Assembly (NCBI GenBank): GCA_037201605.1
Contig: JBBCGM010000003.1
Location: 1-53,544 of the forward strand
Length of the DNA stretch: 53,544 nt
From: Candidatus Moraniibacteriota bacterium
GTDB taxonomy: Bacteria; Patescibacteriota; Minisyncoccia; Moranbacterales; UBA1568
Direction: 5' to 3'
Shown here: one piece after another, positions 1-9,194 of the stretch
Numbering within the stretch: position 1 is the stretch's first letter
Layout: each line of letters begins with the position of its first letter
Notes under the pieces: generated by a model
What the model saw: the letters and a program-made list of their open reading frames with translations, nothing else
Database searches by the model: none
Told to the model about the DNA's origin: nothing
Position numbers and translations under genes: made by a program

Positions 1-1806
1 ATGAAAAAAGAAGAGAAGGTCTCATTCGCAAAATCCAAGCGCATTATTGCGCGCTATTGGAAGATTACTCGCTCCTACCAGGGGTATTTTTGGCTGTATA
101 TCTTTTTGTACGGATTGGGTACGATCATTGCCGAGGTATTTACAGTTGTGGCTTATAAGCACATTGTTGATTTGATTACGGATCGAGGATCGGTAAGGGA
201 GCTTTTCTGGTGGTTTGGTGCTCTCGCCATTTTTTACTTCACATTTTTCATTCTCTGGCGGGTTGGGGATCGTGTGGGGCGTATCTATCAGGTCCAATCT
301 CTCAAGGTCTTAGAGGAGTTTACCTTTGCTTCATTCGAAAAACATTCCTACGATTTTTATGCTAACCATCTAACAGGTAGCTTAACCGCTCGTGCTGGTC
401 GTTTTGTACGTAGTTTTCAAAATCTGATTGACTCATTTATTTTTAATATTTTTAACCAGATTATCAACTTTGTCGCTATTATCGTTACTGTTTCTATCTT
501 TTCTCCTCCATTCGCTCTAGCTTTTTTTCTCTTTGTCGCGCTGATGCTGCCCTTCTCCTACTTTCTTCTCCGCAAACGCATGTACTACGATGCACTTGAG
601 GCTGAGGCAGCTAGTCGTACTAGTGGCCGTTTGGCAGATGTCCTATCCAATATTCTTACGGTAAAGATATTTGCAGGCTTTGGTCGTGAGCGAAAAGACT
701 ACTTTCAACTGGTTAAAAAAGAAGCAGACGCACTGGATAAATCTTCACGCGTTTGGAATCTCATGACCTTTCTCCAGAATGGCATAATGATTTTTTTGCG
801 TCTCGGTATCCTGGGGGCTGCTCTCTACATGTGGTCACTTGGCAATATGACAGCTGGTACTGTTTTTCTTCTGTATACTTTTTCCGGTGATTTTTTTCGT
901 ATTTTTTGGCAGTTAACTCGAGGTATCTCGAGTCTGTTACAGGCACTTTCCGGAGCTCAAGAAATGTCGGATACGCTTGATATCGAGCCGGATATTACCG
1001 ATAATTCTCATGCTAAGCCGCTTTCTAATGCCAAAGGCGCTATCCGATTCGAGCAAGTCGGTTTTCGGTACGCTGACGGTGACACGGTTTTTGAAGATCT
1101 GGTGCTTGAAATACGGCCCCAAGAGAAGGTAGGCCTGGTGGGGCCGAGCGGTGGCGGTAAATCCACACTGACAAAGCTTTTACTCCGCTTTGCGGATGTC
1201 CAACAGGGGAGCGTCACTATTGGCGGTCAGGATATTCGTACCGTGCCGCAGGACAATCTGCGTCAGAATATTGCCTATGTGCCGCAGGAGCCGCTTCTCT
1301 TCCATCGATCGCTGTACGAAAACATCGTCTATGGACGTCCCGATGCCACCCGTGAAGAAGTGCTTGAGGCAGCGCGCAAAGCCCATGCGCATGAATTTAT
1401 CGATAAACTTGCCAAAGGCTACGAGACATTGGTAGGCGAGCGCGGCGTCAAACTCTCTGGCGGCCAGCGTCAGCGTGTTGCTATTGCCCGGGCCATCCTC
1501 AAGAATGCACCTATTCTCGTCCTTGACGAAGCCACGAGTGCACTAGACACAGTGAGTGAAATGAAAATTCGGGAAGCTCTCGATGAGCTGATGCGCGAAA
1601 AGACGGCTATCGTTATTGCGCATCGTCTTTCGACGGTGGAAAAGCTGGATCGCATTATCGTCCTCAATCGCGAGGGCCAAATCGAAGAAGAGGGGACGCA
1701 TGCCAACCTCGTCAAACAGGGCGGCCTATATGCCGAGCTCTGGCACCATCAGTCAGGTGGTTTTCTTGCAGAGGATGATTCCGAAGAAGACCAAGAAGAG
1801 GCTTAG
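1..1806 (+). CDS. ABC exporter, fused permease + ATPase (MsbA/MdlB-like)
   Basis: Intact 601-aa ORF. Multi-TM N-terminal half, Walker A GPSGGGKST, signature LSGGQRQRVAIARA, Walker B ILVLDEATSALD. Confidence 0.9.
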   Translation: MKKEEKVSFAKSKRIIARYWKITRSYQGYFWLYIFLYGLGTIIAEVFTVVAYKHIVDLITDRGSVRELFWWFGALAIFYFTFFILWRVGDRVGRIYQVQSLKVLEEFTFASFEKHSYDFYANHLTGSLTARAGRFVRSFQNLIDSFIFNIFNQIINFVAIIVTVSIFSPPFALAFFLFVALMLPFSYFLLRKRMYYDALEAEAASRTSGRLADVLSNILTVKIFAGFGRERKDYFQLVKKEADALDKSSRVWNLMTFLQNGIMIFLRLGILGAALYMWSLGNMTAGTVFLLYTFSGDFFRIFWQLTRGISSLLQALSGAQEMSDTLDIEPDITDNSHAKPLSNAKGAIRFEQVGFRYADGDTVFEDLVLEIRPQEKVGLVGPSGGGKSTLTKLLLRFADVQQGSVTIGGQDIRTVPQDNLRQNIAYVPQEPLLFHRSLYENIVYGRPDATREEVLEAARKAHAHEFIDKLAKGYETLVGERGVKLSGGQRQRVAIARAILKNAPILVLDEATSALDTVSEMKIREALDELMREKTAIVIAHRLSTVEKLDRIIVLNREGQIEEEGTHANLVKQGGLYAELWHHQSGGFLAEDDSEEDQEEA

Positions 1807-1865
1807 TAGAAGCTTTTTGGGGCCTGGAAAAAAAGCCGGAAAAGAGCTACAATAGGGTAATTCTC

Positions 1866-2978
1866 TTGATGCTTTTTTGTATGGCTCGTTTTTCCTCTCT
1901 CCCTTTTTCTCTCCAGCGCTTCATTCCCGAAGCGCTTGCGAGTAATCTTTCCCAAGACATCGGTATTGATCTCGGAACGGCGAACACTTTGGTGTACGTG
2001 AAGGGCCGCGGCATCGTGATTAACGAGCCGTCGGTGGTTGCGGTCAATCAGCGAACCGGGCAGATCCTGGCTATCGGTCGCGCTGCAAAAAAAATGGTGG
2101 GGAAAACGCCCAGCCATATTGTGGCAACGCGTCCGCTTGTTGACGGTGTGGTGAGCGATTTTGAGATCACGCAGCAGATGCTGCGCTATTTTATTAATAA
2201 AGTGACGCAGTCGAGTTTTTCCTTCTTGCGTCGCCCGCGTGTGCTGATCGGTATTCCTTCCGGCGTGACGGAAGTGGAGAAACGCGCGGTAATCGAAGCG
2301 GCACTGAGTGCCGGTGCGCGCCAAGCGTATCTGATTGATGAACCGATGGCAGCCGCTATCGGTGCCCGTCTGCCGGTAACGGATGCGACCGGCAATATGG
2401 TTGTCGATATCGGCGGCGGTACTACGGAAATTGCTGTCATCAGCTTGGGCGGAGTCGTGCTGTCACGCAGTCTGCGCATCGCAGGCGACGAAATGAATGA
2501 GGACATCGTACGCTACAGCCGAGATGAATTCAACCTGCTTATCGGCGATCGCACCGCCGAAAAAGCCAAAATCGCTATCGGGAGTGCCTACCCCCAGCGC
2601 GATCGCCTCACTTTTTCCTTGCGGGGCCGTGACCTGGTTTCCGGCCTGCCCAAAGAAGTAATTGCCAATGATGAGCATATCCGCGAAGCGCTGACCCGTT
2701 CCATCCGCGTTATTATCAACAATATCAAGACCATCGTGGAAGAAACGCCGCCTGAGCTCATTGCCGATATTATGCATCGCGGTATTATTCTTGCGGGGGG
2801 AGGCAGTTTGATCCGCGGACTGGACAAGCTTATGGCGACACAGACCGGTATGCCGGTACGCATGATGGAGGATCCGCTTACCGCCGTGGTGCGCGGGACC
2901 GGCATCGTTTTGGATGACATGGAAACCCTAAAAGACGTACTTATCGAAGAAGAAGCCGGCCGGCCGCTCGGCGGCTAG
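1866..2978 (+). CDS. mreB: Rod-shape protein MreB
   Basis: Intact ORF with DIGIDLGTANTLVYVKGRGIVINEPSVVA and actin-fold motifs. The true start is probably ATG 1881. Confidence 0.9.
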   Translation: MMLFCMARFSSLPFSLQRFIPEALASNLSQDIGIDLGTANTLVYVKGRGIVINEPSVVAVNQRTGQILAIGRAAKKMVGKTPSHIVATRPLVDGVVSDFEITQQMLRYFINKVTQSSFSFLRRPRVLIGIPSGVTEVEKRAVIEAALSAGARQAYLIDEPMAAAIGARLPVTDATGNMVVDIGGGTTEIAVISLGGVVLSRSLRIAGDEMNEDIVRYSRDEFNLLIGDRTAEKAKIAIGSAYPQRDRLTFSLRGRDLVSGLPKEVIANDEHIREALTRSIRVIINNIKTIVEETPPELIADIMHRGIILAGGGSLIRGLDKLMATQTGMPVRMMEDPLTAVVRGTGIVLDDMETLKDVLIEEEAGRPLGG

Positions 2979-2988
2979 GGAAATACGT

Positions 2989-3807
2989 ATGGCAGAACGC
3001 AAGAATCTTTTCCATAGGAAGCTTTTCTGGGCCACGCTTTTCGGAGCCGCTCTCACTTTTTTTATCTTTTTCCAGCCCGGCTCGGTGCTTCTGCCGGTGC
3101 GCGCCGTTTTGCTTACCGTCCTGTGGCCCTTCCAGAAAGTAGTGGCACCGGTCGCGTTTGAAGTGCGTAATCTGGGCGGTTTCTTGGGCAGCATCAGTGA
3201 TCTGAAAGAGCGCAATGAAAATTTGGAAAAAGAGCGCCGCGCACTTTTGGCCGAAAACGCGCGCCTCACTCTCCAGGTCAAGGAAAGTGAAGAAATCCGC
3301 CGGAGCTTCGATCTTTTGCCACGCGACCGTTTTGATCTTTCAGCGACTCGGATTATTGGACGCGATACGGAAAATGTTTCCGGCCTGGTCGAGATTGATC
3401 AGGGGAGTGCTGACGGCATTGAAACGGGCATGCCGGTTATCGTGGAAGCGGGCGTTTTGGTGGGGCGTGTGGACGAGGTACTCTCTCATTCTTCAAAAGT
3501 GATGATCTTAAACCATCCGAACAGCGTAGTGAACGGGGTAACGACCGCTACGGCAGCACGCGGCGTGGTACGCGGCGAGCATGGCCTAGGAGTCATCTAC
3601 GGCATGGTACAGCAAAATGCCTCACTCAAAGACGGGGACACGGTGGTGACTTCGGGCCTGGGCGGGAGAACGCCCGAAGGCCTGCTCATCGGTACTCTGT
3701 CGGAGGTCAAGCTGGCGCCCGACCAGTTATTTCAGCAGGCTACCATTCTTCCCCCGGTTTCTTATGCCGATCTGCGTTTCCTCTTTGTCATTAAGGGTAC
3801 ACGCTAA
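2989..3807 (+). CDS. mreC: Rod-shape protein MreC
   Basis: 272-aa ORF with N-terminal TM, coiled-coil (ERNENLEKERRALLAEN) and a beta-rich C-terminal domain. Sits between mreB and mreD. Confidence 0.85.
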   Translation: MAERKNLFHRKLFWATLFGAALTFFIFFQPGSVLLPVRAVLLTVLWPFQKVVAPVAFEVRNLGGFLGSISDLKERNENLEKERRALLAENARLTLQVKESEEIRRSFDLLPRDRFDLSATRIIGRDTENVSGLVEIDQGSADGIETGMPVIVEAGVLVGRVDEVLSHSSKVMILNHPNSVVNGVTTATAARGVVRGEHGLGVIYGMVQQNASLKDGDTVVTSGLGGRTPEGLLIGTLSEVKLAPDQLFQQATILPPVSYADLRFLFVIKGTR

Positions 3808-4328
3808 TGAATATCCTTGCCCTTCAAGTTGGCCTCGTAGCGTTCTTTCTCGTCCTGGAGCATGCCTTTCTGGGCATCCTGCTACCCGGTTGGGGGCCTC
3901 TTCTTCTGGTTCTGAGCGTCCTTATCGCCTGGACCCTTCTACGCGGCTTTCCAGAGGCCCTGTGGATCGGATTGCCCTTCCTCATCCTTTCGGATGTTTT
4001 GATCGACGGACAGGTCAGTTTTGTCTCGCCGCTTACGGTTATTGTGGCCTATGCTGTCAGCTTCTTCTCGCGCCGCTTTTTTCTCGAGCATCGGATGGCG
4101 GCCGTCGTGTTCTATAGCCTGGGAACGGCTGTGGCCGGCTACGCCTTTAACATTTTCGATGCGTTCCTCCGAGGAACACGAGGTCCTGCGGCATTTTGGC
4201 CGCCCGCTGACCCGCTCCTCTATGTGGTAACTGCCTCGCTCATCTTTTCCCTCACTTTTTTCTTTCTTGAATATTGGGAACGGATTATTGAGCGTTTATA
4301 TCAGGAGAGCACTATGAATATCCGCTAG
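3807..4328 (+). CDS. mreD: Rod-shape protein MreD (polytopic membrane protein)
   Basis: 173-aa hydrophobic ORF whose start overlaps the mreC stop. Call rests on position in the mreBCD-mrdA order. Confidence 0.7.
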   Translation: MNILALQVGLVAFFLVLEHAFLGILLPGWGPLLLVLSVLIAWTLLRGFPEALWIGLPFLILSDVLIDGQVSFVSPLTVIVAYAVSFFSRRFFLEHRMAAVVFYSLGTAVAGYAFNIFDAFLRGTRGPAAFWPPADPLLYVVTASLIFSLTFFFLEYWERIIERLYQESTMNIR

Positions 4329-4334
4329 AAGCGT

Positions 4335-6236
4335 ATGCCCCTTTTTGCTCCCAAACCTTACGAAATAACACCATCAGGCAGCGTCGAAATCGATGATGCT
4401 GTCCTTTCGGCAACGGAGCCTGGTGCGACCAAACTGGAATGGCCGGTACAGCGCCACATACTGGGAGCTTTCATGTGGCTTGCGTTTCTTACCCTCGGTC
4501 TTTTGGGCGGCCGCGTGTTCTTCCTCACGGTTGTAAAGGGCGAAGTGTATCGCGGTATTTCCTCGGATAACAGTATCCGTTCGCTTGTTATTGATGCGCC
4601 GCGCGGCATTGTTTCCGATACGCACGGTACGCCGCTTGTGCGCAATGTGCCGAGCGTTGATCTGGTAGCGAGCGCTCCGGACTTGCCCAAAGAAGAAAGT
4701 GAACGCACAGTGCTCAAAGAGCGTTTGGCGGCCCGTTATCAATTGGACCGCTCGTTTCTGGATGTAACCTTTGACGAGCTCAAAAAGAATACGGCCACGG
4801 TCATTCCTATCAAGGAAAAGCTCAGCCAGGAAGAATCCCTCACTTTCCTGGAGGACAGCGCTCAGTTTCCCGGTATCCAGCTCTACCAGACCGCTCACCG
4901 CGAATATATCGATAGCCCTGTCTTTGCTCACCTCTTGGGTTACGAAGGAAAAATTAAGCAGGAGGAACTTGATGAACATCCGGATTATCTGCTCACCGAT
5001 TCAATTGGCAAGCAGGGAATTGAGAAGAGCTATGAAACCGCTCTTCGCGGCCTGCACGGTTTTCGCCAGGCAGAAGTGGATTCTCGCGGCCGGGTCGTAA
5101 ACGAATTGGGTACCAAGAATCCGGTGGCTGGTGATGACCTGGTACTCAATATTGATGCCGGCTTGCAGAAAAAACTCTATGAAAGCATGACCGGAGTGCT
5201 CTCGAAAGAGAATCTTTCCAAAGGAGCGGCCATCGCTATTGATCCGCGTAACGGCGCTGTGCGAGCGCTGGTCAGTATCCCGAGTTTCGATAACAATCTA
5301 TTTTCCGAAGGCATTTCGCAAGACGAATACCAGAAGCTCGTAAATGACCCGGCACGCCCTCTCTTTAATCGGGCGCTTTCGGGTGAGTATCCGCCAGGTT
5401 CGACGATCAAGCCGGTCATTGCCGCTGCAGCGCTCTCCGAGAACATTATTTCTCCGGACCGCGAGATTGAAAGTCGGGGAGGCCTCTCTATCGGCAATGC
5501 CTATTTCGGCGACTGGCGCGTCAACGGCTTTACCGATATCCGCCGTGCGATCGCCGTATCAAGCGACGTCTATTTCTATACGGTGGGTGGCGGCTACGGC
5601 GATATCCAGGGCCTGGGAATGGAGCGCATGAAAAAATACGAAAACCTCTTCGGCTACGGTGAGCCCACCGGTATCGATTTCCCGAGTGAGGCCGAAGGTT
5701 TTATCCCCGACCCGGCTTGGAAGAAAAAGACCTTCGGGGAGCGTTGGTACGTGGGCGATGACTATAACTCTTCGATCGGCCAGGGATTCGTTACTGCTAC
5801 CCCTCTTCAGATCCTGAATGCTGTGGCGGCTATTGCGAACGGAGGCACGCTCTATGAACCCCGGATTGCTCAGGAAACCCGCTCTGGCGACGGAAAGATC
5901 GAGACGATTCCTCCTAAGGTGGTGCGAGACCATCTGATTTCTCCTGATATCCTCAAAATCGTGCGTGAGGGCATGCGAGAGACGGTAACTGAAGGTACGG
6001 CTCAGCAGCTCAAAACGCTTCCCATAGAAGTGGCTGGCAAGACCGGTACCGCTCAGTTCGGAGGCGAGGAAAAAACCCACGGCTGGTTCGTGTCGTTTGC
6101 TCCTTATAATGACCCGCAGCTGGCGCTTATTGTCCTCGTGGAAGGTCAGGCAGAAGAGGGCTATAATGCGGTGCCAATTGCAAGCGATGCCTACCAATGG
6201 TACTTCGGGAATCGCGATGAAAAAGCCCCTGAATAA
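4335..6236 (+). CDS. mrdA: Penicillin-binding protein 2 (elongasome transpeptidase)
   Basis: Intact 633-aa ORF with N-terminal TM, SxxK (GSTIKP) and KTGTA motifs. Confidence 0.9.
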   Translation: MPLFAPKPYEITPSGSVEIDDAVLSATEPGATKLEWPVQRHILGAFMWLAFLTLGLLGGRVFFLTVVKGEVYRGISSDNSIRSLVIDAPRGIVSDTHGTPLVRNVPSVDLVASAPDLPKEESERTVLKERLAARYQLDRSFLDVTFDELKKNTATVIPIKEKLSQEESLTFLEDSAQFPGIQLYQTAHREYIDSPVFAHLLGYEGKIKQEELDEHPDYLLTDSIGKQGIEKSYETALRGLHGFRQAEVDSRGRVVNELGTKNPVAGDDLVLNIDAGLQKKLYESMTGVLSKENLSKGAAIAIDPRNGAVRALVSIPSFDNNLFSEGISQDEYQKLVNDPARPLFNRALSGEYPPGSTIKPVIAAAALSENIISPDREIESRGGLSIGNAYFGDWRVNGFTDIRRAIAVSSDVYFYTVGGGYGDIQGLGMERMKKYENLFGYGEPTGIDFPSEAEGFIPDPAWKKKTFGERWYVGDDYNSSIGQGFVTATPLQILNAVAAIANGGTLYEPRIAQETRSGDGKIETIPPKVVRDHLISPDILKIVREGMRETVTEGTAQQLKTLPIEVAGKTGTAQFGGEEKTHGWFVSFAPYNDPQLALIVLVEGQAEEGYNAVPIASDAYQWYFGNRDEKAPE

Positions 6237-6253
6237 AGGCTTTTTGGAGCTGC

Positions 6254-6282
6254 TTGACAGCCACAAACAAAGTCGGTATCAT
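6254..6282 (+). promoter_or_regulatory. Sigma70-like promoter upstream of greA
   Basis: TTGACA (6254-6259), 17-nt spacer, TATCAT (6277-6282). Confidence 0.55.
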
Positions 6283-6302
6283 TCGGGTCACTTCGGATAT
6301 TT

Positions 6303-6329
6303 TTCTCTCCTGCGGGAGAGAATTTTATT
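6303..6329 (+). terminator. Terminator-like hairpin inside the greA leader
   Basis: Perfect 8-bp stem TTCTCTCC/GGAGAGAA with TGCG loop, then TTTTATT. Lies between the predicted promoter and the greA ATG. Confidence 0.55.
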
Positions 6330-6371
6330 CCAAAGTATGCATAAAAAACATAACCAGGTATTACACGCATC

Positions 6372-6827
6372 ATGCCAAAGATTTTCACGGCTGAAGGACT
6401 GAAGAAGCTCCAGCAGGAATTGGAAGAGCGCCGGATCACGTTGCGCCAAGAAATCGCCCAGGCTATCAAAGAGGCGAAAGAGCAAGGTGACTTGTCCGAG
6501 AACGCCGAATACAGCGAAGCCAAGCGTCTCCAGAACGAAAACGAATCCCGCATCGCGGAACTCGAAGCCATGCTCAAGGACTCTGTCGTTGCTAAAAAAC
6601 ACCGTGCAGCCGATGCCGTGGAAATCGGTTCCAAGCTGACCGTCAAAATGGCTGATAAGGAGGTTGAGTTCCAGATTGTTGGTTCCAACGAAGTTGATCC
6701 CAGCCAGGGGAGGATTTCCCATGAGTCACCGCTGGGCAGCCAATTCATGGGCAAAAAGAAGGGTGACACCGTGGAACTCTCTGCTCCTGCCGGCAAGATC
6801 AAATACCAGATCGTAAACGTGCAATAA
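6372..6827 (+). CDS. greA: Transcription elongation factor GreA
   Basis: 151-aa ORF with coiled-coil N-terminus and GDLSENAEYSEAK motif. Confidence 0.92.
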   Translation: MPKIFTAEGLKKLQQELEERRITLRQEIAQAIKEAKEQGDLSENAEYSEAKRLQNENESRIAELEAMLKDSVVAKKHRAADAVEIGSKLTVKMADKEVEFQIVGSNEVDPSQGRISHESPLGSQFMGKKKGDTVELSAPAGKIKYQIVNVQ

Positions 6828-6842
6828 TCCCGAGGCTTGCCG

Positions 6843-6868
6843 AAATCCCCTCCGCCAGGGGATTTTTT
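6843..6868 (+). terminator. Rho-independent terminator of greA
   Basis: 9-bp stem AAATCCCCT/AGGGGATTT, loop CCGCC, followed by a T run. Confidence 0.75.
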
Positions 6869-6869
6869 C

Positions 6870-6898
6870 TTGCCTATTTCGTCCAAAAAGCCTAGAAT
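6870..6898 (+). promoter_or_regulatory. Sigma70-like promoter for the lysyl-tRNA synthetase gene
   Basis: TTGCCT, 17-nt spacer, TAGAAT. Confidence 0.5.
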
Positions 6899-6920
6899 AA
6901 AGCCATATTTTCGCAATTCT

Positions 6921-8516
6921 ATGTTTTGGGCAGATCGTGTTGTAAGCGAGATTAAACAGAAATATCAGCAAAAGATTGCTTCAGGCGAACCTCTTGTCAT
7001 ACGTGATGAAAAAACCGCCTCTGGCCGCGTGCATATCGGTTCTATGCGCGGCGTGGCAATCCATGGCGCTGTGGCTGAAATCTTAGCAACTGAAGGTATA
7101 AGCACGCGTTTTCTCTACGAGATTAATGATTTTGATCCGATGGACGGTCTTCCTGTCTATCTGGATGAAAAAATCTTTCGTCCCCACATGGGCAAACCGC
7201 TCTGCAATGTGCCTTCTCCTGATTCAGAGGCTAAGAATTTTGCTGAATACTTTGGAAATGAATTCAAGGCAGTTATTGAGCGAGCCGGATTTGCTCCTGA
7301 ATTTTATCTCTCAAGCGAAGTTTATAAGGCGGGTAAGTATAACGAGGTCATCCGCATCGCGCTCGAAAACGCTGCTAAAATTCGGGAAATCTATAAAAAA
7401 GTATCAGGGGCTGTAAAACCGGAAGACTGGATGCCGCTCCATGTCGTTTGTGAACATTGCGGTAAACTTGGTACCACCAAGGTTATTTCTTTTGACGGAG
7501 ATTTGGTGGAATATGTTTGCGAGCCTCATTTGGTGAAGTGGGCCGAAGGATGCGGGCATCGCGGGAAGATATCGCCGTTTGATGGGAATGCAAAATTTCC
7601 TTGGAAGGTTGAATGGGCAGCTAAGTTCCGCGTTTTCAATGTTTCGGTTGAAGGAGCTGGCAAGGATCACTCCACTCGTGGAGGCGCACGCGATATTGCT
7701 AACCATATCGCTCGTGAAGTATTCGGCTATGAACCGCCCTTCGATATTCCCTACGAATTCTTTCTTGTCGATGGTAAGAAGATGTCTTCTTCTAAGGGAG
7801 CGGGTTCTTCTTCAAAAGAAATCTCCGATCTTTTGCCTCCTCAGCTATTTCGTTTTCTCCTGCTCTCAAAGGATCCGAAACGAGTGATTGACTTTCTTCC
7901 GGATGGCGATACCATCCCGCTTCTTTACGATCTCTACGATAAGTATGCCGAGAGTTTTTTTGCCGGTCAGGATGATGACTATGCGCGCGCGTTTCTTTTG
8001 GCGCATGCGTCCCAAAAACAGAGCGATATCGTTAAACGTTTCTTTCCGCGTTTTTCACTCGTTGCCTTTCTGGTTCAGATGCCGCATATGGATTTCGAAA
8101 GCGAAATTAAGAAACTTAAAGGAGGAGATCTCTCAGAAGCTGATCTGGCGGAGGCGCAGGAGCGGGCGCACTATGCGAAGCATTGGCTGGAGGGCTATGC
8201 TCCCGAAAGCTACCGGTATACGCTCCAAACCGAAACGGTACCTGAATCTGCTCAGCACTTTTCTGCCGAGCAAAAGAAAGCATTGCGTTTAGTGCTGAAT
8301 TTTATTCAGAACAAAGAGACGTTGAGCGGCGAGGAGCTGCATGCCGAGCTGCACGGATTGAAAGAGCAATCCAGCCTTCCGCCAAAGGAGTTTTTCGGCG
8401 CTCTCTATTTGAGCTTTTTGGGCAAAGAAAGTGGCCCCAAAGCTGGCTGGTTTCTCAGTGTTTTACCGAAAGCCTTCTTGGAGCAACGCTTGCAAGAGGT
8501 CACGAAAGAGGAGTAG
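6921..8516 (+). CDS. lysK: Lysyl-tRNA synthetase, class I
   Basis: Class I motifs: HIGS (HIGH-like) and KMSSSKG (KMSKS-like). The ORF is open from 6837, but MFWADRVVSEIK at ATG 6921 fits the family N-terminus. Confidence 0.85.
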   Translation: MFWADRVVSEIKQKYQQKIASGEPLVIRDEKTASGRVHIGSMRGVAIHGAVAEILATEGISTRFLYEINDFDPMDGLPVYLDEKIFRPHMGKPLCNVPSPDSEAKNFAEYFGNEFKAVIERAGFAPEFYLSSEVYKAGKYNEVIRIALENAAKIREIYKKVSGAVKPEDWMPLHVVCEHCGKLGTTKVISFDGDLVEYVCEPHLVKWAEGCGHRGKISPFDGNAKFPWKVEWAAKFRVFNVSVEGAGKDHSTRGGARDIANHIAREVFGYEPPFDIPYEFFLVDGKKMSSSKGAGSSSKEISDLLPPQLFRFLLLSKDPKRVIDFLPDGDTIPLLYDLYDKYAESFFAGQDDDYARAFLLAHASQKQSDIVKRFFPRFSLVAFLVQMPHMDFESEIKKLKGGDLSEADLAEAQERAHYAKHWLEGYAPESYRYTLQTETVPESAQHFSAEQKKALRLVLNFIQNKETLSGEELHAELHGLKEQSSLPPKEFFGALYLSFLGKESGPKAGWFLSVLPKAFLEQRLQEVTKEE

Positions 8517-8549
8517 GGTAGGGAGAGAAGGCTCTTGTCTGCGGGAACA

Positions 8550-8623
8550 GGATGATTAGCTCAGCTGGTTAGAGCGTTCGATTCACATTCGAAAGGTCAC
8601 TGGTTCGAGTCCAGTATCATCCA
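8550..8623 (+). tRNA. tRNA-Val (anticodon CAC)
   Basis: Hand-folded cloverleaf: acceptor GGATGAT/ATCATCC, D arm GCTC/GAGC, anticodon stem TTCGA/TCGAA with loop TTCACAT, T arm ACTGG/CCAGT. CCA is not encoded. Confidence 0.85.
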
Positions 8624-8650
8624 CTCGGAAATTAATTTACTTTACGTCCT

Positions 8651-9172
8651 ATGACGCACAAAGAATTTCGGTTTGAAGAGAATATTAAGCTCTGGAATAT
8701 TCTGGCGCTGGTCTTGTTCGCGCTCCTGGCGTGGTTCGGTTTCGTCTATCTTCTGGATAATCGATTACTGGGCCCCATTTCCTTTGCTGATATTCTAATC
8801 CTCTCGCTCGCGCTCCTGCGCCTCATCCGTTTGTTTGCCTACGACAACATTACGCTCTTCCTGCGCGAGGCATTCATGGATGTTAAGAAAGTGCGTTATG
8901 CCGACGGAGGCGAAGAGACGATCGAGCGCGTACCGAGTCAGAATTCGCTCAAGCGCACCCTCGATAAGCTTCTTAACTGTCCGTGGTGCATCGGAGTATG
9001 GCTTTCCTTGGGTTCTCTCTTCCTCTACTTCGCCGTACCTCAGATGCAGCTGTTCTTCGTGCTCTTGGCGATTGCTTCCCTGGGGAGCTTTTTCCAAGTA
9101 CTTACCAATCTGATCGGCTGGAGCGCTGAATACAAGAAGCTGCAATCCCTCGAGATTCTAGACAAAAACTAG
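8651..9172 (+). CDS. DUF1360-like membrane protein
   Basis: 173-aa ORF with several TM segments and a CPWCIGVW motif. Confidence 0.6.
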   Translation: MTHKEFRFEENIKLWNILALVLFALLAWFGFVYLLDNRLLGPISFADILILSLALLRLIRLFAYDNITLFLREAFMDVKKVRYADGGEETIERVPSQNSLKRTLDKLLNCPWCIGVWLSLGSLFLYFAVPQMQLFFVLLAIASLGSFFQVLTNLIGWSAEYKKLQSLEILDKN

Positions 9173-9194
9173 CTCTCACTGCCCCAACGTTCGT

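Noticed and set aside
4374-6916. Long antisense ORFs: 4374-4979, 5559-6266 and 6191-6916 on the minus strand. Similar ones occur at 12407-13388, 13410-13988, 16826-17482, 32455-33027 and 37043-37618.
   Set aside because: They lie opposite well-supported conserved genes, have no recognisable motifs or ribosome-binding sites, and are the expected shadow ORFs of GC-rich coding DNA.
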